From NCBI GenBank assembly GCA_950097015.1, contig CATNEN010000038.1:7316001-7380000 (forward strand): a DNA stretch of 64,000 bases, in the 5' to 3' direction. A program made the translations under genes and the position numbers. How positions within the stretch are numbered: the stretch's first letter is position 1; every line of letters starts with the position of its first letter. This document shows, piece by piece, positions 49,861-63,600 of this stretch. The stretch is from Macrostomum hystrix (Eukaryota > Animalia > Platyhelminthes). The notes beneath the pieces are model-generated. The model was not told the origin of the DNA and ran no database searches. It saw only the letters and a program-made list of their open reading frames with translations.

Positions 49861-50515
49861 AAAATAATAAGAAATTTCTAAATTAAGCGACGCATTGTTA
49901 GATTTGCTACCTGATTCATTCAACAGAACGGTTTAAATCGCAGAGTCACACATTGTTGAATTCCTGCATGGTTTAAATTTAAAAGTACATAAAAATTTTG
50001 TTTAAACAAACACGTCTATTTCGGCTAGAAAAACTTCTTTTGAAAATGTAACAATAAAACAAAACATTTTTTTATTTCAAATTTTAATTTCGCGCAGCAA
50101 AAAATTCACTGTCAAAAAAAGTTTAGACAAAAAATAGTTGCGTGAGACTGCCAATTTTCACATAGCTTTCTGGCATTGGCAACTTGACTATCTGGGCTTT
50201 GATGGCTTGACAGTGAATGATGCCGAATTCTCAGTTCTGAAAAAATCGATTGTTACAATGCCAGGCCTATAGTCAGAAACAACCGAATGGGAGTAAAAGC
50301 ACTTCTGATTTCTCTGAAGAAAATTAAGGCTAGGATTACCCATAGACTAATTTCTAGCTTTCTTCACAAAATAATCAACTATTTTTATTGCTTATATGCA
50401 GCTAGTTGTCACCCTAGTTGTTCCAAAGTACTCTTAAACAGACTGTTAAAAAAAGCAAGTGTGGCTTCACTTTGATAAATTCTGCTAATTTCGGTAAGCC
50501 ATTGGGATTCTGGAA

Positions 50516-53500
50516 ATGGCAGAATTAATTTGGACTGAACTCTGGAGACTTGAAAAAACTGGTAGTTTCAAAAGAACAAGCTGTGACTGCTCGTGGCCCT
50601 ACATTCACCACTCGAAATGGAAACCGCCAACGAAAATGGACGAGTACGGGTTCATATTCTCTGAAGAGGATTCTGTCACAGAGTTCAACATTTTGTGTGC
50701 ACTGTTTTTCGGCCTGTTTGGCTTAATTATTGTCCTGCTGCACATGGTGGGCAGGTACAACACCCGGCGTAAGTACTACGAGCCACTCGCCACCGAAGTC
50801 AGCGCCTACTCTGCCGCTATGGGCAGCACGGTAAAGAAGACCGCCGTCGATAGAGCCATCTTTGACTGCCAGGAGGTTTCAGAGTTCGCCGTCAGCCTAA
50901 TGCTGGCCATGTTGGACCCACTAAGCTTGAGCTATTCATTCGATGTGGCCCTGCACGACTATAGCAGGTGAGGCCATGTTGGATTCAAGATACCCAGTCT
51001 AATTAATTAGTAATTAATAACTGCAGGAGGGCTGCGGGCAATGGCACATCATTTGGTGACACTAGACCCGCAGCCCGCGAGTAGGCAATTCTGCCCTTTT
51101 CGCTGTCTCCTGAGCACACACGCACACAGATACTGTACGCAGGCACACACTCAAACAGGTGTGTACATCTGCCCTGACTTTCTCATCGTCAGGCAGTGTA
51201 CACTCTCACTGTGCCTTGGAGGTTGGTCTTGAAGGGCGTAAACTGCACGACAGGCCCCCCAAACCTTCTCTTCGCGGCTGCGCCCTAATTTAATGTGGCC
51301 TCGCCGCGGAATCAAACTCATCGACCTTGGTGCGAGAGGCAAACGCGTTGACCGCTCTGCCACCGACCCACAGAAACAAAAATTCACAAAACATCGGCAC
51401 CATCGAGATATTCATCGATTGTCGTCAGAGCGTCTGGTCGCAAGAACCACGTCCACAAATATAAACATATTTTTTCTGCTCACAAAACTTCATAATGTAA
51501 CCCTGTCCGCTTTGTAAACTATTTTCGATAAACAATCACGAACTCAAACAGGATGACCGTGTTCACCATTCTGATAGTGGCACTGACTCGCGGCTTGTAC
51601 TACATAGTTGCCTACCACGTTTTCACCTACTGCTCAAGAGAGAACTTTAGCTGCCTGCATGAACTACTCAGCAGACGATTTAACTCGTTGAGTTTGGCAA
51701 GTGTTTCATCCACCATCATGCTAGCTCTCGAGTTTTGCCAGCTGGTGCTGCTGTACAACCAGATTGCCAGAGAGTTAAATAGCATTGTTGGCTATAGCTT
51801 TCATTTCTGGATCTTCTGCTTGTGCTTCGTTACCTTGTTCATGGCAATGAGCGGCTTTGGCAGCCTTGTCAAATTCTCAGCCCTGATCTACGGAGCATGG
51901 ATTTTCACATTTTTCTGGATGTCCCTACAGCTGAGATTCACATTTGCAATGGATACTCCACACAAAAGCTTTGCGGCTTGGCTTCTCAAAGCCTACGAGA
52001 CTCAGCAAGAGCTGGCGCTGACTATGACGGATACATTGCTGTACGAGGGCAACCTGGTGTGCGCCTTCATTGCTGCTCCTTTGCTGCACACTGCAGCCCG
52101 TTTGAACCAGGTTTGATAATTGAGTGTCACTGTAGGGGACATTGTGAGTGGCACTGTAGGGGACATTGTGAGTGGCACTGTAGGGGACATTGTGAGTGGC
52201 ACTGTAGGGGACATTGTGAGTGGCACTGTAGGAGACATTGAGTGTCACTGTTACATTACATTACAACGACGCAAGGGGCATGATGGTCAACGGGGTACTC
52301 TTGCGCGCACGCAGTCACGGAAAAGGGGTGCAGGACAGAACGCAGCAGTCCTCGGGGTCAGACCTCGGGGTCAAAGTCTGGGTCCGACCCTGGCCACGAC
52401 GCAGTCGCTCGGTTGGCTGGTTGAGGGTGACCAAAGCCAGGGGGTTGTCCTCGCCGCGGGCTGTCCTCCGCAACCAGTGCCCCAGCAGGGTCTGACGCCG
52501 CCGGCGCAGGGTGACGCTCATGGGCGGCAGGCCAGCTCGCTCTGCCAGCTGGGCCGTCGAGATGGTCTCGGGGTAGTGCACATCTAAAGCCTGGCGCAGC
52601 AGATTTCCGTGCATCCCATCCAGAACCCGCTCTCGGGTGGGGGTCATCGGGATGGCCTCCATTCCGTAGAATAGGATCGGCTCTACGGCGGCGCAAAACA
52701 GTCGAATCTTCAGATCGTCTCGCGCTCCGGAGGTGAAGACTGGTGTCACTGCTTGGGGACATTGTGAGTATCACTGTAGGAGACATTGTGAGTGTCACTG
52801 TAGGAGACATTGTGAGTATCACTGTAGGAGACATTGTGAGTGTCACTGTTTAGGGACATTGTGAGTGTCACTGTAGGAGACATTGTGAGTGTCACTGTTG
52901 GGGACATTGTGAGTGTCACTGTTAGGGACATTGTGCCTATCAAATTGTGAGCACACTTCAGACGCATCAGTCTCCCCGCCGTCGCCAACCTGCAGACTGA
53001 GTACAATGTCTACAAATCACTGAATCGTCGGTATCGACAGCGCCGCGTCTTTGTTCGCGCATTCTTGATCAACCTCTGCGTCAACCTCTGCCACAAGACG
53101 TTCATTCGCTCACTGTTCGCCCTGCGAAACAAGGAGGGCTGCGACTTGATTTCAGCTGGCTTCCAGTGCCATTACACCATCCTGAGCGACGCCTTGAAGT
53201 CACACGGGTGCCTAAGGGCTCTCTTCGTGTCGCTGATGTTCTACAGAGCCTGCTGGCTTGGCGGTGTAAAAGTTCTGGCGTCGGCCCACTCAGCCTCAAA
53301 GAGTCACATTATGCGCTCCTTTGTTGAGCTGTGTCTCATTGGCAAGCGGTGGGCGGCAATGAACCGCTGGCGCAAGCAGAACGGTATGATTCTGTTCAGA
53401 GGCTGCCAACTAATCGATTTGCAGAGCTACGTGTACAAGGTGAGCTGACGGGGTCGGGCATTGTGGTACAATTTCATGATGGCTGCGTCTCACTATCGCT

Positions 53501-54432
53501 CTGTTCAATTTCAGACGTTCATTGTAGTATTTATCAGCTGCGCTCTGCTGTGCAGCCTAGATTATCTGCCCCTGGATCCGGCCGCCATAAAGGTGCAATT
53601 CATCAATTATCTGTTCCTCGACCTGATGTTCATTGTCTGCCTAAACAGCACATTGCTTGGACTGGCGTTTCGTCGTTTAACTAGATCCGGTATCTATGCA
53701 ATTCTGACTTTCTCAATTCTGATCTACGCCTATCAGCTCCTGTGGGCAGATCGGATCACCTACGACCTCCTGCAATTCAAGCTGATGACCCCGCTGGGCA
53801 AGACTCACGCAGCCTGGCTGCGCCGAAACTGTTCAAAGCAAGTCCGCCTGCGACCAGTCATCAATGTTGGCAAACGAATCACGGATCACGAAGTGATTCA
53901 CCTGGTTAACTCGGATGCATTTTATCCCACCATTCTAGGCCTGACCTGGTGCCTGGCGTCCATTGCCGGCTGCCTGTTCTCCAGCCGGCTGGCAGTGCTG
54001 AAGAGTCCCTACTATTGCATTGGAGACGTTTTAAACGCCAGCGTCGCCCGCAGCATTCAGTCAGGCCTGATTGACCGGGCGTCGCACCTTGTCAGCGCAG
54101 CCAGGGCCTCGCTGCAATCAGTGCGCTGGAGTGACAAGCGAAACAGCCATCAATTCTCGAGCCCTGCGAGCTGCCTCTGCCTCCGATGCTGCCGCAGCAG
54201 CTCCGCTTCGACGACTAAACTAATTCAGCAGCAGCAGCATCTGCTGGAGCAGCCGCTGGTGCAGAATGAGGATCTGGACACAATGGCAATCGCGGCCCAG
54301 CTTGTCAAAGAAAAACGCACAATTGAAGAGACCGAGATTATCTTAAGCACCCTAACTGAGGCGGGACTTAGACAGCGACTCATTGATGGCGAGAGGCGAC
54401 TGAGTGTGCAGAGTGCGATCTCTGAGCAGTGA
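50516..54432 (+). CDS. Multipass membrane protein, possibly STRA6/RBP-receptor-like; exons 50516-50967, 51552-52110, 52996-53439, 53515-54432
   Basis: Phase-compatible GT-AG exons and many hydrophobic helices. AYSAAMGSTV, AGFQCHY and DRITYDLL recall STRA6-family motifs in the same order (from memory, not searched). The start may be the Met at 50636. Confidence 0.7.
51003..51370 (-). mobile_element. Full-length SINE family B in intron
   Basis: Reverse complement homologous over its whole length to 34604-34980. Confidence 0.92.
52121..52935. repeat. 24-bp minisatellite (TGAGTGKCACTGTAGGRGACATTG)n split by a LINE insertion
   Basis: Arrays at 52121-52250 and 52743-52935. Confidence 0.93.
52251..52742 (-). 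mobile_element. 5'-truncated RTE-like LINE
   Basis: LKIRLFCAAVEPILFYGMEA...LLRQAL...LRRRRQTLLGHWLR (RT C-terminal region), (TGTAA)n tail and flanking direct repeat GTGTCACTG. Confidence 0.88.
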
Positions 54433-54665
54433 ATACCTGTTCACCTATAAACTTGAGTACTATAATACCTGTTCACCTATCAACTTGAGTACTATAATAC
54501 CTGTTCACCTATCAACTTGAGTACTATAATACCTGTTCACCTATTAACTTGAGTACTATAATACCTGTTCACCTATTAACTTGAGTACTATAATACCTGT
54601 TCACCTATAAACTTGAGTACTATAATACCTGTTCACCTATAAACTTGAGTAACAAAATACCTGTT
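54432..54665. repeat. 32-bp minisatellite starting at the stop codon, ~7 copies
   Basis: (AATACCTGTTCACCTATNAACTTGAGTACTAT)n. Confidence 0.95.
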
Positions 54666-55071
54666 TACATGTAAACAAAGTACCTGAACACGTGAATATC
54701 TGAATGCCTGAAAATTCAAAGTTACGAGTAAACTACCTGTCAAGTTATTTATGCTAAGGTGTTATAAAATAATCTAACTTTACGTTGATCGAAATAATAC
54801 CTGAGATTATTCAAATCAACGGACGCTTAAAGTACAAGACCCCTTTGATCCTAAATGTGGATCTTTGTACTACCTAACTTTTGCTTCGATTCAGATTTTC
54901 CTTTTTCGTCAAAATTTCTTGCCCTGTTTTGCTGCCAGCTTTCTTGAAAAATTTGTTTAAAATTTCTTATTTAGCTTCGCCTATATGAAATAAATTCGAA
55001 GAAACACTGATTCAACGGTAACCTAAATCAAGCGTCTCAGTAAAGTGAGCTTCTTTTAAAATCGAAGCGAT

Positions 55072-55655
55072 AAACTGCTATCAGAATCGCAGCAAGAAAC
55101 TGCTATCAGAATCGCAGCAAGAAACTGCTATGAGAATCGCAGCAAGAAACTGCTATCAGAATCGCAGCAAGAAACTGCTATCAGAATCGCAGCAAGAAAC
55201 TGCTATCAGAATCGCAGCAAGAAACTGCTATCAGAATCGCAGCAAGAAACTGCTATGAGAATCGCAGCAAGAAACTACTATCAGAATCACAGCAAGAAAC
55301 TGCTATCAGAATCGCAGCAAGAAACTGCTATCAGAATCGCAGCAAGAAACTGCTATGAGAATCGCAGCAAGAAACTGCTATCAGAATCGCAGCAAGAAAC
55401 TGCTATCAGAATCGCAGCAAGAAACTGCTATGAGAATCGCAGCAAGAAACTGCTATCAGAATCGCAGCAAGAAACTGCTATCAGAATCGCAGCAAGAAAC
55501 TGCTATCAGAATCGCAGTAAGAAACCGCTGTCAGAATCGTAGCAAGAAACTGCTATCAGAATCGCAGCAAGAAACTGCTATCAGAATCGCAGCAAGAAAC
55601 TGCTATCAGAATCGCAGCAAGAAACTGCTATCAGAATCGCAGCAAGAAACCGCTG
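55072..55655. repeat. 25-bp minisatellite (AAGAAACTGCTATCAGAATCGCAGC)n
   Basis: ~23 copies. Confidence 0.96.
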
Positions 55656-56396
55656 TCACAATCGGAATCGTTGCCATAAAAAATATTTTTTGAATCGCAG
55701 TAAATATATTATTATGAGAATCGCAGCAAGAAACTGCGAAGTGGGAGGAGAATATAAGTTTGTTTATTTTGAAATAATCGAACTTCCCTCGCATTGCATA
55801 CGTACTGCACTTGTAACCAAGACTATAAAAAGTTGCCAATATTTACAATGGTTAAGCGCATTGGAGGTGTAAATATTAATATTTATTAATATTATTACAT
55901 CCCGAAATCATGCTTGATGAATTTAACTGCACCAGACAACAGACAGAATAAAAAAACACGCATAAAGCATCGTATAACACTACTTTTCGACTAGCACAGG
56001 TAGCATAATACGCATTTTTTTATATTTTTAATGGAAACAGAAGTTTAAAGAGTTTTGGCACTTTATGTAATACTTCTAAAATTTATAGGCATCTTATTCA
56101 TCAGTTTCACTGACACAGCAAGGATTTTCACTGCTTTTTAAAGCACAACACAAATTTTTAAAGAAATTACTGATTCTATTTTGCATCACAAAAAGTTTTT
56201 GCTGAATTTCATCGTTTTTAATACCAAAGCGGCATTTCACAAGCTAAAGGGTCAAAACTGGAAAAGTACTTTTGGAAGCAGTAATTAGGACAATTAAACC
56301 CTTCTGAGTGATAAGGCTGCAATGTTTTAGGATCTTGAAGTTAGGGAAATGAAAGTTTTAAGAATTTAAATTTTTCAGAGTCAAATTTTCAGATTT

Positions 56397-57500
56397 CAAA
56401 GTTTCTGGGAATCGGAGTTTCTGTGAATAAAAGTTTCTGGGAATCAAAGTTTCTGGGAATCGAATTTTGTGGGAATCGAATTTTCTGGGAATCAAAGTTT
56501 CTGGGAATCGGAGTTTCTGGGAATCAAAGTTTCTGGGAATCGAATTTTGTGGGAATCGAATTTTCTGGGAATCAAAGTTTCTGGGAATCGGAGTTTCTGT
56601 GAATCCAAGTTTCTGGGAATCAAAGTTTCTGGGAATCGAATTTTCTGGGAATCAAAGTTTCTGGGAATCGAAGTTTCTGGGAATCGAATTTTCTGGGAAT
56701 CGAAGTTTCTGGGAATCGGAGTTTCTGGGAATCGGAGTTTCTGGGAATCGTTGTTTCTGGGAATCGAATTTTGTGGGAAACGAAGTTTCTGGGAATCAAA
56801 GTTTCTGTGAATCAAAGTTTCTGTGAATCAAAGTTTCTGGGAATCTAAGTTTCTGGGAATCTAAGTTTCTGGGAATCTGAGTTTCTGGGAATCAAAGTTT
56901 CTGAGAATCAAAGTTTCTAGGAATCAAAGTTTCTGTGAATCAAAGTTTCTGGGAATCGTTGTTTCTGGGAATCGGAGTTTCTGGGAATCTAAGTTTCTGG
57001 GAATCGAATTTTGTGGGAAACGAAGTTTCTGGGAATCAAAGTTTCTGTAAATCAAAGTTTCTGGGAATCGAAGTTTCTGGGAATCAAAGTTTCTGGGAAT
57101 CTGAGTTTCTGGGAGTCAAAGTTTCTGTGAATCAAAGTTTCTGGGAATCGAAGTTTCTGGGAATCGAATTTTCTGGGAATCGAATTTTCTGGGAATCGTT
57201 GTTTCTGGGAATCGGAGTTTCTGTGAATCGAATTTTCTGGGAATCGTTGTTTCTGGGAATCGGAGTTTCTGGGAATCTAAGTTTCTGGGAATCGAATTTT
57301 GTGGGAAACGAAGTTTCTGGGAATCGATGTTTCTGGGAATCGAATTTTCTAGGAATCGAATTTTGTGGGAATCGAAGTTTCTGGGAATCGAAGTTTCTGG
57401 GAATCGAATTTTCTGGGAATCGAATTTTCTGGGAATCGTTGTTTCTGGGAATTGGAGATTCTGGGAATGAAAGTTTCTGGGAATCGAACTTTTATAGAAT
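56397..57500. repeat. 16-bp minisatellite (GTTTCTGGGAATCRAA)n
   Basis: Direct periodicity. Confidence 0.96.
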
Positions 57501-57656
57501 CTAAGTTTTTGAGAATATAAGTTTTGTGATTCCTACAAACTGAAGTTTTTAGGAATTGAAGTCTCGGGAGTTTGGGGCTTTAGAAATCTCCTCAATTTAA
57601 AATTTCGGGATTTAAGAAGTTATAGGATATTTAAGTTTTTACGCGTAAAATCTGGC

Positions 57657-60600
57657 CTAGAGCATTATCCGCAGCAACAGAATGCATGACGCAATGCTGA
57701 AAATCAGAAATTTCTGCTGAAGTCCCGGACAAGCCGAATTGGGCAAGCTGACTCGAACGAACCGGCTGACCTCCTCAGACTGGGCAAATTTCTGATTGAA
57801 GTGAGGCACCGCCGGTTCATGCAGCGGTGACACTTCGGCGTTGGGTCTGGACGATTCCTCGCCGTCAGCTGTGGTGAAAAAAAAAGCGGTCTCGGGTCCG
57901 ACAGACAGCTGATTGTTGGGGTAGGCGTGCACTCGCAGCTTCACAATGTACAACGTGGCTGGGGTTAGGCGCCGAATAATTAGGCTGGTGTTTTCCTGCA
58001 AAATGTAAGCGTGAGTAAGACGTTGGAGTCTAACAGGTGATCCCAAAGTCTAACAGGTGATCCCTAAAGTCTAACAGGTGATCCCTAAAGTCTAACAGGT
58101 GATCCCTAAAGTCTAACAGGTGATCTCTTAGGTCTAACAGTTGAACCCAAAAGTCTAACAGGTGAACCCAAAAGTCTAACAGTTTAACCCAAAAGTCTAA
58201 CAGGTGATCCCAAAGTCTAACAGGTGATCCCTAAAGTCTAACAGTTGAACCCTAAAGTCTAACAGGTGAACCCAAAAGTCTAACAGGTGATCTACCAACC
58301 TTTTTTAGTACCCGGCTGACCGCTCTGTCGGGGTCTATCTGCGGCCGCAGTCCAGTCCTGCTGTAAGCCGATTGGCTGACTGGCTCCTCCTTCCGCGGAC
58401 CCCATTCGACACTGTAGGCCGCCGGTTGAGCACCGCTGAGGCCGTTGGCGATTTCTGGCGCCTCCCAGCTGATTCGGTAGGTGAGCTGGCCCTGCTGACT
58501 GTCTGTCAGCCGCTCAACCCGGATGTTGGTGGGTTCGCCCGGTGAGCCGGTTTCTAAGGATCGAGCATTGTTCGAATATTGTAATTATAAAATGCAATTA
58601 GTTTGAGCATAGCCATCGCCCGTGAACTGAAAAGGTCGCCATTCTAACCGAAATTCCTGACTTGTTGCTGGATGCGCAATTTACGCCCTTGAGGGCCATC
58701 CCATCTGCTATTGTGCTCGGGAGTCAGCGAAATCACCTCGCTGGCTGCGGGTCCATTGTCAGTGCCTACAGCCTTCCTGTAATTATTTCATTGCAAGCTC
58801 ACCTCCGCACGGTGGCAGCCTGTTGCCGGTGGCGACGCGGACTCCGGCACAACGCGGAGTGCTGAAGCACAACTCTTTGGTTGCTTCTACGGGGTAAGTC
58901 GATTCAGCGCTGTCCTCCGATCGAACACTGTCGGTGTCGTCCCAGTCGGTGTTGTCTAGCTCCGACACAAGCGGTCTGATCAGAATTGAATAGCGACAAT
59001 TGAACTGCAGCCGATCGATTGTGAATTCTTGGCCCTGCAGGAGTGCGGAAACAGGTGGGTGGGGTGAGTGTGTTGGGGGGCTTGCTGTGCAATTTGGTGT
59101 ACATTGCACAGTACATTATTCAGTGTACATTGCACAGTACATTAGTCAGTGTACATTGCACAGTACATTAGTCAGTGTACATTGCACAGTACATTAGTCA
59201 GTGTACATTGCACAGTACATTAGTCAGTGTACATTGCACAGTACATTAGTCAGTGTACATTGCACAGTACATTAGTCAGTGTACATTGCACAGTACATTA
59301 GTCAGTGTACATTGCACAGTACATTAGTCAGTGTACATTGCACAGTACATTAGTCAGTGTACATTGCACAGTACATTAGTCAGTGTACATTGCACAGTAC
59401 ATTAGTCAGTGTACATTGCACAGTACATTAGTCAGTGTACATTGCACAGTACATTAGTCAGTGTACATTGCACAGTACATTAGTCAGTGTACATTGCACA
59501 GTACATTAGTCAGTGTACATTGCACAGTACATTAGTCAGTGTACATTGCACAGTACATTAGTCAGTGTACATTGCACAGTACATTAGTCAGTGTACATTG
59601 CACAGTACATTAGTCAGTGTACATTGCACAGTACATTAGTCAGTGTACATTGCACAGTACATTAGTCAGTGTACATGATACTGTGTTTATCATACAGTTA
59701 ATTATACTGTGTACATCATTAGTGTACAGTATTCTGTGTATATCATACATCGTACATCATGCAGTGTACATTCACACAAGCATTGTATAATGATTTATAC
59801 ATGCATTACAGGCATCGCAGAAATACTTCAGCTCTGTGTGCCAGTAGCCTGACCTAAAACGCTCACCTGCGGCACCCGCAGCAGCCCAGTGGCTCCCAGC
59901 CGGGTGTCGCGAACCGTGTCGGGCGTGTCGATGCACACCAGACGGCGCCACCTGACGTTGAACTTCGCGAAGCCGGCTCCGGCGGCCGGCGGGCCGGAGC
60001 CGACTCTGAGTCGAATGCTCAGACTGTCTAGCTCAAAAGTTGGCGCCCGCGCCACTGTCAGGGTCCAACCGTAGAAGGAAGACTGGTCGCCCTCACGCTG
60101 AAGGCAGGCGGGTGTCGGGTGCTGCTGCCGCTGCTGCTGCCGCTGCTTCTCCAGTGCCTGCTGCTCGGCTTGATGCTTATTTGCTGTGGCCCGCCCTGTT
60201 GACACATAGATACTGTTCGGCTGACCCATCAGCAACCGATCACCCCAGATTGAGATGGCCCGAACCTTGAATATTCAGGAATTTCAACTACCAATGTTAG
60301 CTACTGTTAGTAGTCTGAAGCGGTGTTGATGCTTGCTTGTTTCGTTGAGACAGTATGCTTAGAAAAATTTACTAAGCATACTATAATTTCCTAAAAAAAA
60401 TAAATATTAATTTACACAAAAAGTCTCTCTACTTCTCACACCGTCTCTATCTACTTCTCAACCAGTCTCAATCTACTTCTCAACCCGTCTCTATCTACTT
60501 CTCAATCCGTCTCTATCTTCTTCGCAACCCGTCTCTATCTACTTCTCAACCCGTCTCTATCTACTTCGCAACCCGTCTCATCTACTTCGCAACCCGTCTC

Positions 60601-63600
60601 TATCTACTTCTCAACCTGTCTCTATCTACTTCTCAACCTGTCTCTATCTACTTCTCTATCTACTTCTCAACCCGTCTCTATTTACTTCGCAACCTGTCTC
60701 TATCTACTTCTCTATCTACTTCTCAACCCGTCTCTATATACTTCTCTATCTACTTCGCAACCCGTCTCTATCTACTTCTCAACCCGTCTCTATATACTTC
60801 TCTATCTACTTCTCAACCCGTCTCTATCTACTTCTCTATCTACTTCTCAACCCGTCTCTATCTACTTCTCAATCCGTCTCTATCTTCTTCGCAACCCGTC
60901 TCTATCTACTTCTCAACCCGTCTCTATCTACTTCTCAATCCGTCTCTATCTTCTTCGCAACCCGTCTCTATCTACTTCTCAACCTGTCTCTATCTACTTC
61001 TCTATCTACTTCTCAACCCGTCTCTATCTACTTCTCAACCCGTCTCTATCTACTTCTCTATCTACTTCTCAACCCGTCTCTATCTACTTCTCTATCTACT
61101 TCTCAACCCGTCTCTATCTACTTCTCAACCCGTCTCTATCTACTTCTCAACCCGTCTCTATCTACTTCTCAACCCGTCTCTATCTACTTCTCAACCCGTC
61201 TCTATCTACTTCTCAATCCGTCTCTGTCTACTTCGCAACCCGTCTCTATCTACTTCTCAACCCGTCTCTATCTACTTCTCAATCCGTCTCTATCTACTTC
61301 TCAACCCGTCTCTATCTACTTCTCAACCTGTCTCTATCTACTTCTCTATCTACTTCTCAACCCGTCTCTATATACTTCTCTATCTACTTCGCAACCCGTC
61401 TCTATCTACTTCTCAACCCGTCTCTATCTACTTCTCTATCTACTTCTCAACCCGTCTCTATCTACTTCTCAATCCGTCTCTATCTTCTTCGCAACCCGTC
61501 TCTATCTACTTCTCAACCCGTCTCTATCTACTTCTCAATCCGTCTCTATCTACTTCGCAACCCGTCTCTATCTACTTCTCAACCCGTCTCTATCTACTTC
61601 TCAACCCGTCTCTATCTTCTTCGCAACCCGTCTCTATCTACTTCTCAACCCGTCTCTATCTACTTCTCAACCCGTCTCTATCTACTTCTCAACCCGTCTC
61701 TATCTACTTCTCAACCCGTCTCTATCTACTTCTCAATCCGTCTCTGTCTACTTCGCAACCCGTCTCTATCTACTTCTCAACCCGTCTCTATCTACTTCTC
61801 AATCCGTCAATATCTACTTCGCAACCCGTCTCTATCTACTTCTCAACCCGTTTCTATCTACTTCTCAACCCGTCTCTATCTACTTCTCAAACCGTCTCTC
61901 TACTTCTTACCCCCGCCTCTCTACTTCTCACCCCGTCTCTCTACTTCTTACCCCATCTCTCTACTTCTCTCAAAATCTCTGTCTACTTCTCACCCCGTCT
62001 CTCTACTGCCCACATCGTCTCTCAGATTCGATTTGAAACTCAATTTTTAACATTTTTACTTACTTACTTACTCAGCCTTAATATAGAAGCAAATTGAGAA
62101 CGGCAAACTTAATTAAAATTTACAAATTTAAAATCCTTCAGTCAATCAAGTTGATGCTCGCATGAGAAACTAGCCAGGTGCTCTGACACCTGAGTTATTG
62201 TTTGACTTCAAGGCAGTATTTTGACTGACACGCTGTAGGGAGATGACAGGCAAGGGTTGAATAGGCAAACAGTTTTGTGCAATTTCAAACTTGCTTCTGT
62301 GCGGACTGGGTCAATACAAACATAGTCCCGAAGAAAGGCCTAACAGATGAAGGAAAACTGACAGCTTGCATGCTTTGGGAAGTGACTTGTGCGGCCCAAG
62401 CCAATCCATTTGGACTTTGATGAAAATCAGACATAACATGGACGGTGTCTGTAGGTAGCGAATGCTTCTCACATGTTTCCACATCCTATTTGTTTTATTG
62501 CTTTACCGTACTTCTGCTTTTGGATCACTTTAGATATCTCTACTCTATCTTTATCTCCATCTACTTCTCATCCCATCTCTCTTAAATTCTCATGCCATCT
62601 CTCTACTTCTCATGCCATCTCTCTCTACTTCTCATGCCATCTCTCTACTTCTCATGCCATCTCTCTTAACTTCTCATGCCATCTCTCTCTACTTCTCATG
62701 CCATCTCTCTCTACTTCTCATGCCATCTCTCTACTTCTCATGCCATCTCTCTTAACTTCTCATGCCATCTCTCTTAACTTCTCATGCCATCTCTCTCTAC
62801 TTCTCATGCCATCTCTCTTAACTTCTCATGCCATCTCTCTCTACTTCTCATGCCATCTCTCTTAACTTCTCATGCCATCTCTCTTAACTTCTCATGCCAT
62901 CTCTCTACTTCTCATGCCATCTCTCTCTACTTCTCATGCCATCTCTCTCTACTTCTCATGCCATCTCTCTACTTCTCATGCCATCTCTCTTAACTTCTCA
63001 TGCCATCTCTCTACTTCTCATGCCATCTCTCTCTACTTCTCATGCCATCTCTCTCTACTTCTCATGCCATCTCTCTACTTCTCATGCCATCTCTCTTAAC
63101 TTCTCATGCCCTCTCTCTCTACTTCTCATGCCATCTCTCTTAACTTCTCATGCCATCTCTCTCTACTTCTCATGCCATCTCTCTCTACTTCTCATGCCAT
63201 CTCTCTACTTCTCATGCCATCTCTCTCTACTTCTCATGCCATCTCTCTTAACTTCTCATGCCATCTCTCTCTACTTCTCATGCCATCTCTCTTAACTTCT
63301 CATGCCATCTCTCTCTACTTCTCATGCCATCTCTCTCTGCTTCTCATGCCATCTCTCTCTACTTCTCATGCCATCTCTCTCTACTTCTCATGCCATCTCT
63401 CTTAACTTCTCATGCCATCTCTCTTAACTTCTCATGCCATCTCTCTTAACTTCTCATGCCCTCTCTCTCTACTTCTCATGCCATCTCTCTTAACTTCTCA
63501 TGCCATCTCTCTTAACTTCTCATGCCATCTCTCTCTACTTCTCATGCCATCTCTCTTAACTTCTCATGCCATCTCTCTCTACTTCTCATGCCATCTCTCT

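Noticed and set aside
55255-57504. Repeat ORFs RIAARNCYQN and FWESKFLG
   Set aside because: 25-bp and 16-bp satellites between convergent genes.
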